Below are positions 46,635 through 55,886 of a DNA stretch of 64,000 nucleotides, piece by piece. This DNA is from Gemmatimonadota bacterium. Lineage in GTDB: Bacteria; Gemmatimonadota; Gemmatimonadetes; Palauibacterales; Palauibacteraceae. Each line of letters begins with the position of its first letter. Positions within the stretch are counted from its first letter, which is position 1. Position numbers and translations under genes: made by a program. The notes beneath the pieces are model-generated. The model had not been told where the DNA came from. It saw only the letters and a program-made list of their open reading frames with translations, and ran no database searches. Location of the stretch: NCBI GenBank assembly GCA_046757885.1, contig JBHHZD010000008.1, positions 4,363 to 68,362 on the forward strand, read 5' to 3'.

Positions 46635-47732
46635 TCAGCGCTTGAGGCCCTCCGCCTCCGCCAGGGTCCGGGCCGCGCGACGGCCGTCCTCCGACAGGTC
46701 CTCGGGCAGGCGCACGAGGATGCGCACCAGCTGATCGCCCGTCTGCCCTCCCTTCTCCACGCCCTGGCCCTTGATCCGGAACACGGTTCCGCTCTGGGTT
46801 CCCGGGGGGATGCGGAGGACGACCTTCCGGTTGTCGACCGTCCGGACCTTCACGCGCGAGCCGAGGAGGGCCTGCGCGAGGTTGATCGGAACCTCGCACA
46901 CGAGGTTCAGCCCCTCGCGCCGGAAGAACGCATCGTCTCGCACCTTGAACCGGACGACGAGGTCGCCCGGCTTCCCGCCGCCGGGCCCGCGCTCGCCCTG
47001 GGCCGGGATGCGGAGCCGCGAGCCGTCCTCTGAGCCTGGCGGCACCGTGACGCTGATGCGCCGGCGCGCGCCGACCTCTCCCCGACCCTTGCACGCGGGG
47101 CACGGCGCCGAGGGAATGCGGCCCCGCCCCAGGCACGCGGGGCACGGTCTCGGCACGGAGAACGTGCCCTGGCCAAACGTCACTGTCCCTCTCCCGTGGC
47201 ACTCCGAGCACGTGTCGAGGCTCGACCCCGGCGCCGCTCCCGAGCCGTCGCACGTCGCGCATTCCTCCGTGAGCGGAACGCTGAGCCGGACCTTCCCTCC
47301 CCGCACCGCCGTACGGAACGAGACCTCCACGAGGTACTCGATGTCGCGGCCGCGCTCGGGCCCCTTCCGGCGCGCCTCGCCCCGCTTGCCGAAGTCGAAG
47401 ATGGAGCTGAAGATGTCGCCCAGACCCCCGAGGTCCTCGAACCGGAAGCCCCGCCCCCCGGACCCCGCGCCGGTTGTCGCCCCCGGGGCCCGGTAGCCCC
47501 CCATGGCCCCGAAGCGGCGGAGCTGGTCGTACTTGCGCCGCTTCTCCGGGTCGGACAGGATCGAGTAGGCCTCCGAGATCTCCTTGAAGCGCTCCCCCGC
47601 CTTCGGATCGTCACGATTCGCGTCGGGGTGGTGCGTCTTCGCGAGCTTCCGATACGCCTTCTTGATCGCGTCCGGCGAGGCGTTCTCGGCGACGCCGAGA
47701 ATCTGGTAGTAATTCTTCGAACGGGCGGTCAT
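46635..47732 (-). CDS. dnaJ: Molecular chaperone DnaJ (class A)
   Basis: J-domain with HPD, G/F region with DIF, four CxxCxGxG repeats. Confidence 0.96.
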   Translation of the reverse strand: MTARSKNYYQILGVAENASPDAIKKAYRKLAKTHHPDANRDDPKAGERFKEISEAYSILSDPEKRRKYDQLRRFGAMGGYRAPGATTGAGSGGRGFRFEDLGGLGDIFSSIFDFGKRGEARRKGPERGRDIEYLVEVSFRTAVRGGKVRLSVPLTEECATCDGSGAAPGSSLDTCSECHGRGTVTFGQGTFSVPRPCPACLGRGRIPSAPCPACKGRGEVGARRRISVTVPPGSEDGSRLRIPAQGERGPGGGKPGDLVVRFKVRDDAFFRREGLNLVCEVPINLAQALLGSRVKVRTVDNRKVVLRIPPGTQSGTVFRIKGQGVEKGGQTGDQLVRILVRLPEDLSEDGRRAARTLAEAEGLKR

Positions 47733-48472
47733 CGGCCGTCGCCGGCCTCCCCGGAGTCGAGGGTGGGCTCGTCGGCATCCGGCGGCCGCGCGTCCTCGAC
47801 TTCCCTCGCCTCTCCGCCCTCCTCGCGATCCCCACCCCAGCGCAGGACCTCCACCTGCGCGGGTCGAACGAGCCGCTGCCCGAACAGGTACCCATCCACG
47901 AGTACCCGGCCCACGGTCTCGTCCTCTTCCTCACGGGGCGCCGCCGCCACGGTCAGGCCCTCGTGCAGGTTCGGATCGAACGGCGATCCCTCGGCCTCGA
48001 TGCGGCGCAGACCCGCGTCCTCGAGCTGCTTCCGCAGGTTGCGCTCGATGATCTGGATCCCCTCTTCCAGCGCCTGCACGGTCGTGGTCTCGCTCGGGAT
48101 CGTCGCCACGCGGGCCAGATCGTCCAGGGTCCCCAGGATCATGCGGGCGAGGTCTGCCTGCGCCTGCTCGCGGGTCTCCCCCAGCTCGCGCCGCGTGCGC
48201 TTGCGGTAGTTCTCGAACTCGGCCGCCAGCCGCAGATGCCGGTCCCGCAGGGCCACCAGCTCGGCCGTCGCATCGGCGACCTCCGTCGCCGGGTCTCCCG
48301 CCTCCGCGGCCGCCCGCTCGTCCTCCGCCTCCGCCCCCGAAACCTCCGGTGGAGCTTCCGACGCCTCCGCCGTCTCCTCCTGCCCTTCTCCCTCACCTCC
48401 GGCCGGGGGCGCGCCCTCCCCGGTCGGGTTTCCGGGCCGCCGCCGCTTCCACGGATTGCCTCGTCCCGTCAC
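47729..48472 (-). CDS. grpE: Nucleotide exchange factor GrpE
   Basis: [25 protein letters not shown]. Start uncertain (48472, 48484 or 48529). Confidence 0.93.
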   Translation of the reverse strand: MTGRGNPWKRRRPGNPTGEGAPPAGGEGEGQEETAEASEAPPEVSGAEAEDERAAAEAGDPATEVADATAELVALRDRHLRLAAEFENYRKRTRRELGETREQAQADLARMILGTLDDLARVATIPSETTTVQALEEGIQIIERNLRKQLEDAGLRRIEAEGSPFDPNLHEGLTVAAAPREEEDETVGRVLVDGYLFGQRLVRPAQVEVLRWGGDREEGGEAREVEDARPPDADEPTLDSGEAGDGR

Positions 48473-48539
48473 TCCAGCCTCCATGCCGTTGCCAGGTCCG
48501 CGCGAACGCGGAACCGTGCCGCCCTCCATCGGCCTCCGC

Positions 48540-49391
48540 TCACGCGGCGGCCGACGCCTCCGATCGATCCGCGATCCACGCCGCCGCGTCCCTCAAAGCG
48601 CTCTCGCGGAGCGGATCATGATACAGGTCGTGGTAGGCCTCCGGATACTCCCGCACCTCGGAGCCCTCGCCCAGCTCGGACGCCAGCGCCAGCGCGGCGC
48701 GTGAGTTCACGATCCGGTCGTCGCCGGGAACCTGGAACAGGAGGTGCGCCTCTCCGGTATCCGGGCCGCGGAGCGCCTCCGCGGCCCGACGCATCTCCGC
48801 CCACAGCCGGGCGCTGATCCGGCGGTGCACGAGCGGATCCGTGCGATACGCCTCGCGCTCGTCCTCCTCGCGGAACAGCTTCTCGCGCCGGAGCCCGTTG
48901 TCGAGCGTGAGGGCGGGCACGAACCGGTCCGCAAGCCGGCCCAGCGCGAGCTTCCAGCCCGGCACGGGCATCCGGATCTCGACGAACGGGGCCACGATCA
49001 CGGCCCCGCACAGCGACCGGCACGCGAACTCCCGCATGTAACGCAGCGCCACGAGCCCGCCCAGCGAGTGACCGAGGAGGAAGACGGGATCGCCGCAGGG
49101 CTTCGCGCCGCACACCCGGCGCCGGAGACGGTCGACATCCTGGAGGAGGTGCTCGAAGCGGCGGACGTGGCCCCGCCGGCCCTGAGAGCGGCCGTGACCT
49201 CGCAGGTCGAGCCCGTAGACGTTGAACCCGGCCCCGTTCAGGACGCTCGCCACCTGTCGATAGCGTCCGGAGTGCTCCCCGAGACCGTGAACGAGGAGGA
49301 TCTTCCCTCTGGCGTCGGTGATCTCCCAGGCCCGGTAGAACAGACGCAGGCCTCCCACGCCGTCCAGGTATCCGTGTGCGCCCTCAACCAT
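48540..49391 (-). CDS. Alpha/beta hydrolase (lysophospholipase/monoacylglycerol lipase-like)
   Basis: HGLGEHSGRY, DLRGHGRS, GHSLGG, YHDL. Confidence 0.9.
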   Translation of the reverse strand: MVEGAHGYLDGVGGLRLFYRAWEITDARGKILLVHGLGEHSGRYRQVASVLNGAGFNVYGLDLRGHGRSQGRRGHVRRFEHLLQDVDRLRRRVCGAKPCGDPVFLLGHSLGGLVALRYMREFACRSLCGAVIVAPFVEIRMPVPGWKLALGRLADRFVPALTLDNGLRREKLFREEDEREAYRTDPLVHRRISARLWAEMRRAAEALRGPDTGEAHLLFQVPGDDRIVNSRAALALASELGEGSEVREYPEAYHDLYHDPLRESALRDAAAWIADRSEASAAA

Positions 49392-49890
49392 CGATCCCTC
49401 CCGGTTGAAGCCGGTTCAGCTCTCGCAGCGCCTCCCACACCGCCTGGCGGCGGACGTCGTCCCGATCCCCTCCGAATCTCTGCGTCCACACGGCGCGGGC
49501 AGGCCCGTCGACCGCGAACCACACCGTCCCCACGGGCTTCCCGGCGCGGCCGCCTCCCGGCCCCGCGACGCCCGTGATCGCAACACCCCACGTGGCGCTC
49601 GAGACGGCGCGCACCTCGCGCGCCATCACGCGCGCGACCTCGGCCGACACGGCGCCGTACTCGCTCACGAGAGGGGCGGGCACTCCGAGCAGGGTCGCCT
49701 TCGCCCGATCCGAGTACACGATGACCCCGCCCCAGAACACGTCCGACGCGCCGGGCACGGCCGTGATCTCGCGCCCGAGCCAGCCGCCCGTGCAGCTCTC
49801 CGCCACCGCCAGCGTCGCCCCCTCGGCGCGCAGGCGCTCCACGACCTCGCGCGCGAGGCTCCGATCCGTCATCGTCCGCGAGCCGCTCAC
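49384..49890 (-). CDS. CinA C-terminal / PncC NMN deamidase
   Basis: AESCTGG, PGAS, YS--K, GAVS, TGVAGP, KPVGTV. Confidence 0.9.
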   Translation of the reverse strand: MSGSRTMTDRSLAREVVERLRAEGATLAVAESCTGGWLGREITAVPGASDVFWGGVIVYSDRAKATLLGVPAPLVSEYGAVSAEVARVMAREVRAVSSATWGVAITGVAGPGGGRAGKPVGTVWFAVDGPARAVWTQRFGGDRDDVRRQAVWEALRELNRLQPGGIDG

Positions 49891-49914
49891 GCGCGCCCCG
49901 CGGGCCCGACCCCG

Positions 49915-50535
49915 TTACCGCACGAGCCGTCCATAGGCGCGCACATATACGAGGAGTGAGACGACGGTCAAGAGGAGAGCCACGGCCAGGGCGGTGGCCG
50001 CGAAGATCCCGTGAAACGTCGCCCAGGCCGCGACGAGCGGTCCCGACCACTCGTGGGAGCGCTCCGCCCCCCGAAAGGCGAGCCACAGGAGCGTCGATCC
50101 GATGAAGACGTTCTGGGCCAGGGCCTTGCGCTTTCCGGACGTGCGGGCCGCGATCACGGTGCCCCGGCGGGCGGCTCGCATGCGCAGGGCCGTCACGAGG
50201 AGCTCCCGCCCGAAGAACACGACGAGAATCCACAGCGAGACCCCCCCGAACACCGGGAGGTTCCACAGCTCGGGCGACCGTCTCGTCAGCACGTGGAACG
50301 GCACGAGCGTGGCAAAAAGCAGGAGCTTGTCCGCGATGGGATCCACGAGCTTCCCGAAGTCCGTGACCTGGCCCCGCCGTCTCGCGAGCTCTCCGTCCCA
50401 GAGATCCGAGAGCGCCGCGAGCAGGAAGACGAGGAACGCCAGCAGACGTGCCGATCCTCCCGGCTTCAGCACGAGGACGAAGACGACGGGCGTGAGGAAG
50501 ACGCGGAGCGTCGTGATCGCGTTCGGGAGGTTCAC
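49915..50535 (-). CDS. pgsA: CDP-alcohol phosphatidyltransferase (PgsA-like)
   Basis: NLPNAIT; DLWDGELARR...FGKLVDPIADK. Confidence 0.88.
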   Translation of the reverse strand: MNLPNAITTLRVFLTPVVFVLVLKPGGSARLLAFLVFLLAALSDLWDGELARRRGQVTDFGKLVDPIADKLLLFATLVPFHVLTRRSPELWNLPVFGGVSLWILVVFFGRELLVTALRMRAARRGTVIAARTSGKRKALAQNVFIGSTLLWLAFRGAERSHEWSGPLVAAWATFHGIFAATALAVALLLTVVSLLVYVRAYGRLVR

Positions 50536-50549
50536 GGGACGGCCCGGTC

Positions 50550-51128
50550 TCAGCCGAGCGACGCGATGACCCGCTTCGAGACCGCCGTGAGCGACTCGAA
50601 CACTCCATCACCCTCGATGGCCACCGCCTCGAACGACTCCTGATCCGTCTGGCGCAGCGCCTCGCGCACGTCTTCCACGGCGAGCGCGTCGGGCAGATCC
50701 CGCTTGTTGATCTGGAGAATGCGCGGGATGTCCTCGAGCCGGCGGTCGTGGGAGGCGAGGTTCTCGTTCAGGTTCGCGAGGGACTCGATGTTGTCCTCCA
50801 TCCGGTCCCCGCCGCTGTCGGCGACGAACACGAGCCCGTCCACGCCCTTGAGCACGAGCCGCCGGCTCTGGTTGTACCGGACCTGGCCGGGCACCGTGTA
50901 GAGGTGGAACCGCGTCCGGAAGCCGCGGACCGTCCCGAGGTCGACGGACAGGAAATCGAAGAACAGGGTCCGGTCACTCTCTGTGGACGGCGCGATGAGC
51001 TTGCCGCGGGTCGCCGGGTCCAGCTTGCTGTGGATGTAGCGGAGATTCGTGGTCTTGCCGCTGGAAGCCGGGCCGTAGTACACGACCTTGCAGTTGATTT
51101 CCCGTGCGGCGTGGTTAGTGGTCGGCAT
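50550..51128 (-). CDS. mglA: MglA-type small Ras-like GTPase
   Basis: REINCKVVYYG, GKTTNL, RTLFFDF, LYTVPGQ, GVDG-VFVADS, NKRD. Confidence 0.92.
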   Translation of the reverse strand: MPTTNHAAREINCKVVYYGPASSGKTTNLRYIHSKLDPATRGKLIAPSTESDRTLFFDFLSVDLGTVRGFRTRFHLYTVPGQVRYNQSRRLVLKGVDGLVFVADSGGDRMEDNIESLANLNENLASHDRRLEDIPRILQINKRDLPDALAVEDVREALRQTDQESFEAVAIEGDGVFESLTAVSKRVIASLG

Positions 51129-51182
51129 GCAACTCCTCGGACCGGGTCGATCCCGCCGCGGCGGGCGGGGAAACCCCCTGCC

Positions 51183-51530
51183 TCACGCCTCTTCCACGGT
51201 CTCGGACGACTCGAGGTAGCTCTCCATGTTCACCAGAATGCCCGCGGCCTTCTTCCGCAGGAGCGGTCTCGCCTCCCAGGCCAGATAGTCCCGAAGCAGA
51301 AGCACGTTGTCGATGCCGGGCCGGGACCGCAAGTATCCCAGGGCCGCGAGACGCCTCAGCGGGTGCGGGCTGAACAACTCGTTCTGATGACGCGTCATCT
51401 GGTCCCGGGCCAGGAGGAGTCCGAGTCCCGCCACGACCCCCACCCCGAGAAGCGCCAGGCCCGCTATGCGTAGCACCCGCTCGGTGGCGCCGTCCGAGTC
51501 CGAGCGAACGACGATGACTTTCTTTCCCAT
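51183..51530 (-). CDS. Hypothetical single-TM protein with HEAT-like helices
   Basis: TM segment IAGLALLGVGVVAGLGLLL, then RRLAALGYL and LRKKAAGIL helices; starts 3 nt after the recR stop. Confidence 0.7.
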   Translation of the reverse strand: MGKKVIVVRSDSDGATERVLRIAGLALLGVGVVAGLGLLLARDQMTRHQNELFSPHPLRRLAALGYLRSRPGIDNVLLLRDYLAWEARPLLRKKAAGILVNMESYLESSETVEEA

Positions 51531-51533
51531 TCC

Positions 51534-52121
51534 CTACATCTCCCGTCTGCCGGATAGTGCCTGTGCGATCGTCACGCCATCCGCGTACTCGAGGTCGCCG
51601 CCCACGGGCAGGCCCCGTGCGAGCCGGGTCACGCGGAGCGCCCCGACCTCCGACACGATCTTGTGCAAGTATGTTGCCGTGGCCTCTCCCTCGACGCTCG
51701 GATTCGTCGCGATGATGAGCTCCCGTACGCCCTCGCGGACGCGTGTCACGAGCGAGGCGATGTTCAGGTCGTCCGGACCGACCCCGTCCAGGGGCGACAG
51801 TCGGCCGCCGAGCACGTGGTAGCGGCCGCGGTACTCGCCGGACTTCTCGATGGCCGCGATGTCCGAGGCCTCCTCGACGACACACAAGCGCGTCGCATCC
51901 CTCCGCGGGCTCGCGCAGAGCTCGCAGGGATCGGCGTCGCTCAGGTTGCCGCAGATCGCGCACGGCCTGACTTCCTCGACCACGCGATCGATGGCCCGGG
52001 CGAGACGTCTCGCGTTCTCCGGAGACTCCCGCAGGAGGAAGTAGGTGAGCCGTTGCGCGGTCTTCCTCCCGATGCCCGGCAGGCGGCCCAACTCGGCGAT
52101 CAATCCCTCGATGGCGGACAC
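51534..52121 (-). CDS. recR: Recombination mediator RecR
   Basis: LPGIGRKTAQR HhH, C4 zinc finger, TOPRIM, GLPVGGDLEYAD. Confidence 0.97.
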   Translation of the reverse strand: MSAIEGLIAELGRLPGIGRKTAQRLTYFLLRESPENARRLARAIDRVVEEVRPCAICGNLSDADPCELCASPRRDATRLCVVEEASDIAAIEKSGEYRGRYHVLGGRLSPLDGVGPDDLNIASLVTRVREGVRELIIATNPSVEGEATATYLHKIVSEVGALRVTRLARGLPVGGDLEYADGVTIAQALSGRREM

Positions 52122-52152
52122 GTCCGCTACGCCTCGCTCTCCAAGCGCCCGG

Positions 52153-52488
52153 TCAGCCTCCGAGGAGGGAGCCCAGGCCCGGGATCGGCATGCCGCCGGC
52201 GGCCTGCTTCATCTCGCTCGCGAGCGACTCTCTCGCCTTCCTCTGCGCCTCCGAGACGGCCGCCATGATCAGGTCTTCGAGCATCTCGATGTCCTCGGGA
52301 TCCACGGCGGACGCGTCGATCCTGAGCGACCGGAGCGCTCCCTTTCCGTCCACGGAAGCCTCGACGAGGCCGCCTCCGCTGTTCGCTGCGAACAGCTCCT
52401 TCTCGAGCCGTGCCTGCACGTCCGCCAGGCGCGCCTGAACCTGCTGGCCCAGCTGGAAGAGCTGCTGTATCTGATTCAGGTTCTCCAC
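52153..52488 (-). CDS. ybaB: YbaB/EbfC nucleoid-associated protein
   Basis: SGGGLV, DIEMLEDLIMAA; lies between dnaX and recR. Confidence 0.93.
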   Translation of the reverse strand: MENLNQIQQLFQLGQQVQARLADVQARLEKELFAANSGGGLVEASVDGKGALRSLRIDASAVDPEDIEMLEDLIMAAVSEAQRKARESLASEMKQAAGGMPIPGLGSLLGG

Positions 52489-52504
52489 CGTGCGACCGAC
52501 CTTT

Positions 52505-54160
52505 CTAGGTTTCCGCCAATCCGAGATCAAGTTCTCTTACCGCCTCCCCGAGGCGGGGGTCCCGCTCGACGAGGCTCGCGAGCTTCTGATCCCGTGCGCC
52601 TTCCGCCGTGAGGCGACCACTCCGCCCGCCGTCGCCGACGCGAAACGTCAGGTCCCCTTCCTCCAGCTCCAGCCGTCGGGCCAGCTCCGCCCGAAGACCG
52701 GCGGATCGACGGGGGTCATCCAGCCACCGCTGGAGGTCGGCCGTGAGGCCGGATGGGACCTGCAGCCGAATCTCCGAGCCGACGCGAGACTCGACCCGCA
52801 CGCCGTTGAGCACGACGGCCTGGCCGCCGAGGCCTTCCGCGGCGTCGAGCGCGGCGCGCCAGGCCGCTCGCAGCCTTCCCTCCTCCGACGCCGGCTCCTC
52901 TTCCTTTTCCCTGCTCTCCGCCACCACGGGGGAGGGCGAGCCTCGCGCCCCGGGCACCTCCCTGTCGGGGATGGCCGGCGCGTCCCGCCGGGACGGCGGC
53001 CCCGCTCCCTCCCCGTTCCCCCCCATCGCGTCCAGCAGCTCGGCCAGCTTCACGGAGGAATCGAGGCTCGCGAGCCGCAGCAGCAGCACCTCGAGCTGGA
53101 TCCTCGGCTGGGAGCTGCGTCGAAACCGTCCCGTCGCCTCGTAGTCGGCCAGCACCGCGAGCATGCGCAGCAGGTCGCCCTCCTGGAACGATTCGGCCAC
53201 CTGGCGGAAACGGTCGCGCGATGCCTGCGTGAGCTCCTCGCCCTGCTCTCCCCCGAGAGCGAGGCCGGCGAGAATCCGGATCGCCTCGCCCAGGCCGCGA
53301 ACGAATTCGCTCAGGTCCGTCCCCGCATCCACCAGACGCTCGACGAACGGGAACACGGCCCCGCGGTCGCCGTCCCGGACGATCTCGAACACCTCCAGGT
53401 ACGTCTCCTCCGCCACGAGGCCCAGCATCTCCCGCACGTCTTCCAGGTCGATCCGGTCTCCCGAGAAGGACAGGACCTGATCCAGGAGAGACAGGGCATC
53501 CCGAACCCCACCGTCCGCCCGACGGGCGATCTGCAGCAGCGCGCCTTCCTCGGTCTCCACCCCCTCGGCCCGGAGCACCTCGCGCATGCGGGCTACGAGG
53601 TCCGGCACGGAGACGCGGCGGAAGTCGAACCGCTGGCACCGGGACAGGACCGGCGCCGCGCTCTGTCGGATCTTGTGGGGCTCTGTGGTCGCGAACGCGA
53701 ACACGACGCGCGGCGGCGGCTCCTCGATGATCTTCAGCAGGGCGTTCCACGCGTCACGGGTCAGCATGTGCGCCTCGTCGATGATGTACACCTTGTACCG
53801 GTGCTCATCGGACGGGGCATACATGGCACGCTCCCGCAGATCCCGTGCGTCGTCGACGCCCCGGTTGCTCGCGGCGTCGATCTCCACGACGTCGAGTGAG
53901 GTCTTGCCGGCCCAGATGCGGTCGCAGGAATCACATGTACCGCAGGGCTCGCCCTCGCTCCGCTCGGGGCAATTCAGGGCCATCGCGAGCACGCGCGCCG
54001 CCGTCGTCTTCCCGATCCCGCGCGGTCCGCAGAGCAGGTAGGCGTTCGCCAGCCGGCCCGATTCGACCGCCGCGCGCAGGGTGCGCGCCACGTGATCCTG
54101 GCCCACGAGCTCCCCGAATCGGCGGGGACGATGGCGACGCGCGAGAGCGGTTCGAAGCAT
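52505..54160 (-). CDS. dnaX: DNA polymerase III subunit gamma/tau
   Basis: GPRGIGKT, PCGTCDSC, EIDAAS, IIDEAHML, SRC. Confidence 0.96.
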   Translation of the reverse strand: MLRTALARRHRPRRFGELVGQDHVARTLRAAVESGRLANAYLLCGPRGIGKTTAARVLAMALNCPERSEGEPCGTCDSCDRIWAGKTSLDVVEIDAASNRGVDDARDLRERAMYAPSDEHRYKVYIIDEAHMLTRDAWNALLKIIEEPPPRVVFAFATTEPHKIRQSAAPVLSRCQRFDFRRVSVPDLVARMREVLRAEGVETEEGALLQIARRADGGVRDALSLLDQVLSFSGDRIDLEDVREMLGLVAEETYLEVFEIVRDGDRGAVFPFVERLVDAGTDLSEFVRGLGEAIRILAGLALGGEQGEELTQASRDRFRQVAESFQEGDLLRMLAVLADYEATGRFRRSSQPRIQLEVLLLRLASLDSSVKLAELLDAMGGNGEGAGPPSRRDAPAIPDREVPGARGSPSPVVAESREKEEEPASEEGRLRAAWRAALDAAEGLGGQAVVLNGVRVESRVGSEIRLQVPSGLTADLQRWLDDPRRSAGLRAELARRLELEEGDLTFRVGDGGRSGRLTAEGARDQKLASLVERDPRLGEAVRELDLGLAET

Positions 54161-54210
54161 GGGACGAAGCTACGCGCGGGGGCAGCGGCCCGAAAGCGGA
54201 TGCATCGGAA

Positions 54211-54305
54211 ACCCCAGGCGAACCGTGGCGACCTTCACGCACTTACCGCTGCTACCTTCACGGTCCTGACGGGATTCGCGCGCTCCGGCCCCACGGGCCT
54301 GGGGC
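54211..54305 (-). ncRNA. ffs: Small signal recognition particle RNA (4.5S)
   Basis: Long hairpin closed by CCCCAGGC/GCCTGGGG with domain IV core GTCAGG-ACC-GTGAA-GGT-AGCAGC; usual position upstream of dnaX. Confidence 0.92.
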
Positions 54306-54311
54306 ACCCGG

Positions 54312-54340
54312 ATTCTAGGCGGGCGCCCGCCGGGGGTCAA
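54312..54340 (-). promoter_or_regulatory. sigma70 promoter of ffs
   Basis: TTGACC, 17 nt, TAGAAT, with the predicted RNA 5' end 7 nt downstream. Confidence 0.8.
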
Positions 54341-54365
54341 TCGTGTCGAGGCGCGGCCGGAGCCC

Positions 54366-54728
54366 TCACGCGTCGTCTCCGGTGAACGCGTCCCGCACGT
54401 GCTCCGCCACGCGGAGTCCCCCGGATTCGCTCACACCGACCACATCGAACCGGAACTCCTCGCCGACGCCGGGATGGGTGCGGATCCAGCGTTCCGCCGC
54501 CCTCCGCACCCTGCAACGCTTGCTCCACGTGACGGCCTCCAGGGGAGCCTGGGGACCGGGACCCCGCGTCTTGACCTCGACGAACGCTACGACGGGCCCG
54601 TCCTGGGCCACGATGTCGAGCTCCAGACGCCCCGCCCGCCAGTTGCGGTCCAGGATCCGGAGGCCGCAACGGATCAGGTGGGCAGCGGCCAGATCCTCCC
54701 CGGCCCGTCCGGGCCTCCGCGCCGTCAG
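54366..54728 (-). CDS. yraN: YraN (UPF0102) PD-(D/E)XK nuclease-like protein
   Basis: GRAGEDLAA, ILDRNWR, ELDIVA, FVEVKTR, RFDVV. Start probably CTG overlapping the aroF stop. Confidence 0.88.
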   Translation of the reverse strand: MTARRPGRAGEDLAAAHLIRCGLRILDRNWRAGRLELDIVAQDGPVVAFVEVKTRGPGPQAPLEAVTWSKRCRVRRAAERWIRTHPGVGEEFRFDVVGVSESGGLRVAEHVRDAFTGDDA

Positions 54729-55774
54729 GTCGTCTCGTGCGCGGTCGCGAGCGGCGCCGGCAATCCGCGCCCGATCGCGGTCGCGATCGCGCCGAGCTCC
54801 GACACCAGCGGGGCGAACTGTTCCGGTCTCAAGGACTGGGCACCGTCCGAGGCCGCGAGCTCCGGGTTCGGGTGCACCTCGACCATGACGCCGTCGGCCC
54901 CGGCGGCGATCGCGGCCCTCGCCATCGGTGCGACCTTGCTCCGGTGGCCGGTTCCGTGGCTGGGATCCGCGATGATCGGCAGGTGCGACAGCTCCTTCAC
55001 GGTCGCGATCGCGGTGAGGTCGAGGAGATTGCGGGCATGATCGTCGAAGCTGCGCACGCCGCGCTCGCACAGGATGACCCGCGGCTCTCCCGCCAGGACG
55101 ATGTACTCCGCGGCGAGGAGAAGCTCGCGGATCGTGGCCGACATGCCCCGCTTGAGGAGGACCGGCCGCCCCGCTCGCCCGGCCGCCTTGAGCAGGGAGT
55201 AGTTCTGCATGTTCCGGGCGCCGATCTGGATGATGTCGGCGGTCTCCGCGACGAGATCCACGGACCCGGTGTCCAGCGCCTCCGTCACGATGGCGAGGCC
55301 CGTTTCCTCGCGAGCGAGCGCGAGCAGCCGGAGACCCTCGGCTCCGAGGCCCTGGAACGAGTAGGGCGAAGTTCGCGGCTTGAAGGCGCCGCCGCGCAGG
55401 ATCGTGCCCCCGCCCCGCCGGACGAGGCGCGCGCTCTCCAGAATCTGCTCCTCCGACTCGACCGCGCACGGACCCGCCATGACCACGATCTCGAGGCCGC
55501 CGATGCGCACCCCGCAATCCAGCTCGACGACCGTGTCGTCGGGACGCCACTCCCGGCTCACCTGCTTGTAGGGCTGGGACACGTGGATGACGCGCAGCAC
55601 GCCCGGCAGACCCACGAGCCGGTCCGCATCCACGCGCCCGTCGTTTCCGACCAGGCCGATGGCCGTGCGCTGGCGCCCGGGAATCGGCTCCGCCCGGTAC
55701 CCGCTCTCGGTGATGGTTCGAACCACGCGGTCGATCTCGGCCTGAGACGCCCCGTGCTTCATCACGATCAGCAT
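54725..55774 (-). CDS. aroF: 3-deoxy-7-phosphoheptulonate synthase (type I-beta with N-terminal regulatory domain)
   Basis: [40 protein letters not shown]. Confidence 0.95.
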   Translation of the reverse strand: MLIVMKHGASQAEIDRVVRTITESGYRAEPIPGRQRTAIGLVGNDGRVDADRLVGLPGVLRVIHVSQPYKQVSREWRPDDTVVELDCGVRIGGLEIVVMAGPCAVESEEQILESARLVRRGGGTILRGGAFKPRTSPYSFQGLGAEGLRLLALAREETGLAIVTEALDTGSVDLVAETADIIQIGARNMQNYSLLKAAGRAGRPVLLKRGMSATIRELLLAAEYIVLAGEPRVILCERGVRSFDDHARNLLDLTAIATVKELSHLPIIADPSHGTGHRSKVAPMARAAIAAGADGVMVEVHPNPELAASDGAQSLRPEQFAPLVSELGAIATAIGRGLPAPLATAHETT

Positions 55775-55886
55775 GCTGTGCGAACGCTCCCCTCGTCTGA
55801 CGTCGGTGCCGGACGGTCCGAATCCCGCCCATAGTATGGCGGTGGGCTCAAGACAGGATCAACTTCCAGGTCGGGCCGCGGGTTCC

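Noticed and set aside
52505-54160. Programmed -1 frameshift producing the gamma subunit
   Set aside because: I found no A_AAA_AAG or poly-A slippery tract in dnaX.
55824-55843. Imperfect palindrome upstream of aroF
   Set aside because: No well-spaced -35 partner for TACTAT, no leader peptide and no known operator match; could be chance.
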